DNA from: Pseudomonadota bacterium
Lineage (GTDB): Bacteria; Pseudomonadota; Alphaproteobacteria; Rhizobiales; Rhizobiaceae
DNA: 35,518 nucleotides
NCBI GenBank assembly: GCA_039208465.1
Contig: JBCCRB010000001.1
Coordinates: forward strand, 1-35,518
Reading direction: 5' to 3'
A model generated the notes under the pieces. The model had not been told where the DNA came from. It saw only the letters and a list, made by a program, of their open reading frames with translations, and did no database searches. The position numbers were made by a program, and so were the translations under genes. Shown piece by piece: positions 34,609 through 35,518 of this stretch. Every line of letters starts with the position of its first letter. Position 1 is the first letter of the stretch.

Positions 34609-35304
34609 TTGATGAACCTGGCGCAGACCAATTTGCAATTGTATCAACAGCTTCGCGATGCCGGGTTTACCGCTGATGAGCTATCCATCATCCAGCGTGA
34701 TAATGAAACGGCGTGCCTGCTGTTTGGATCTAACATCCGGTCCTCGGGGAAGTCGTTCCTTTGTCACGCGGTCGGCACGGCAAGCGCAGCCGCACACGCG
34801 GAAGCCGAATTTGATGCCATTCGCTGCGCCTTTCTCCATGCTGCTTACAAGCATGGCCGGTTCCCAAATGGAACGCGGGGCAAAACGCCTGCCCATCGGC
34901 AATGGTTGACACCGCGAGTCGGCCCAAAGGTCGAGGACATGATCTTCCGGTTCGGCAGCTATCCGTTCGGCATACCAGTTGTTCGCGCGCTTGTGACAAG
35001 CGGCAATTTGGACGGTCAGGACAAGACCATGTTGCTTTTGAAACTGTGTAACGAGATTGACGACACCTATTGCTATGGCGCGCTGCTCGGTCACAAATCG
35101 CGCTATAAGGATACGCATTATCTGGCGGATTTGGCGGCTGTCTCGACAATGGCAGGCTATGCCGGTTTCGCAGCGCATTTTTCGACCGTACAGGCCCAGA
35201 TGAAGGACGCGGGCTGGTTGGATGCGACGACCGAATTTGATCGCCGTCCGTTCAAACGCAACAGCTTGTTTGAGGTGTGGCGCGCGCTCAACGGAAAGCG
35301 CTGA
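34609..35304 (+). CDS. Hypothetical protein, possibly HD-like metal-dependent hydrolase fold
   Basis: The N-terminus MMNLAQTNLQLYQQLRDAGFTADEL...GKSFLCHAVGTASAAAHAEAE...FLHAAY resembles a conserved unknown family with His-containing helices, as I recall it. Recognition is weak. Coding is supported by ORF length and the lack of a competing gene. Confidence 0.5.
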   Translation: MMNLAQTNLQLYQQLRDAGFTADELSIIQRDNETACLLFGSNIRSSGKSFLCHAVGTASAAAHAEAEFDAIRCAFLHAAYKHGRFPNGTRGKTPAHRQWLTPRVGPKVEDMIFRFGSYPFGIPVVRALVTSGNLDGQDKTMLLLKLCNEIDDTYCYGALLGHKSRYKDTHYLADLAAVSTMAGYAGFAAHFSTVQAQMKDAGWLDATTEFDRRPFKRNSLFEVWRALNGKR

Positions 35305-35518
35305 ATCCGAAGCCCCTCACCTAAGGGATCCAACCCCGGCAAAAGCAGACGGTTAGTGGGCGAGCCGTGCTTGAGCGCAATTCGGCGCGGCATGGCGGCC
35401 TTGTTCGTCACAGTTTCCGCAATCAACACTTGTGTAAGTTGTTGACGAAGCGCGGTTGCACTCCCTATCAAGCACCGAAAGCGTTCAGTTCCGGTGTGCA
35501 TATGGCAAGACAAGAAAA

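Noticed and set aside
35157-35513. 118-aa minus-strand ORF at the right edge, plus a possible plus-strand promoter (TTGACG 35442-35447, 17-nt spacer, CTATCA 35465-35470) and ATG at 35503
   Set aside because: The ORF overlaps the 3' end of the 34609-35304 gene and has no features. The promoter and ATG are plausible, but only 16 nt of the putative gene are in the window, too little to support a call.
1-35518. Search for tRNA/rRNA genes, CRISPR arrays, IS elements/integrases, toxin-antitoxin pairs and known defence genes
   Set aside because: I saw no T-loop-type tRNA signatures in the intergenic regions, no regularly spaced repeats, no transposase-, integrase- or nuclease-like ORFs, and no terminal inverted repeats bounding the low-GC island.

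Overview
About 35.5 kb of densely coding, high-GC DNA (about 60% GC by hand counts on sample lines). The protein families look alphaproteobacterial, which is inference only. I recognised no rRNA, tRNA, CRISPR array, IS element or integrase. The window falls into four blocks. (1) 1-15.3 kb is a peptide or modified-amino-acid uptake and hydrolysis island. It holds two tandem MlrC-like M81 peptidases, an ArgE-type M20 deacylase, a LysR regulator, a five-gene Dpp/Opp-type ABC importer, an N-formylglutamate-amidohydrolase-family gene, an AstE/AspA-family M14-like gene and an AbgB-like M20D amidohydrolase. (2) 15.5-20.4 kb is a lower-GC exoprotein island. It holds an 896-aa RTX serralysin-like metzincin that lacks the Met-turn methionine, an orphan secreted protein, a class-3 lipase ORF that stops just after its GHSMGG nucleophile elbow, and a lipoprotein. 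It also carries two kinds of short duplicated 5' sequence and has no type I secretion genes. (3) 20.5-26.3 kb is a minus-strand operon: MetX-like alpha/beta hydrolase, NitT/TauT-type ABC importer (ATPase, permease, Tat-signal binding protein) and a fused DhaK-DhaL dihydroxyacetone kinase. It is preceded by an unusually long non-coding region of about 560 nt. (4) 26.9-35.3 kb is an uncharacterised accessory module. It holds a GAF-LuxR regulator divergent from a small unknown protein, a membrane GT2 glycosyltransferase, an ATP-grasp protein, a divergent TctC-like binding protein and a TctA permease with a fused TctB-like 4-TM tail. A divergent methyltransferase-like / HD-like gene pair follows. 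Blocks 4 and 2 are my best candidates for undescribed biology. All functional calls rest on motif recognition by eye, with no database search.
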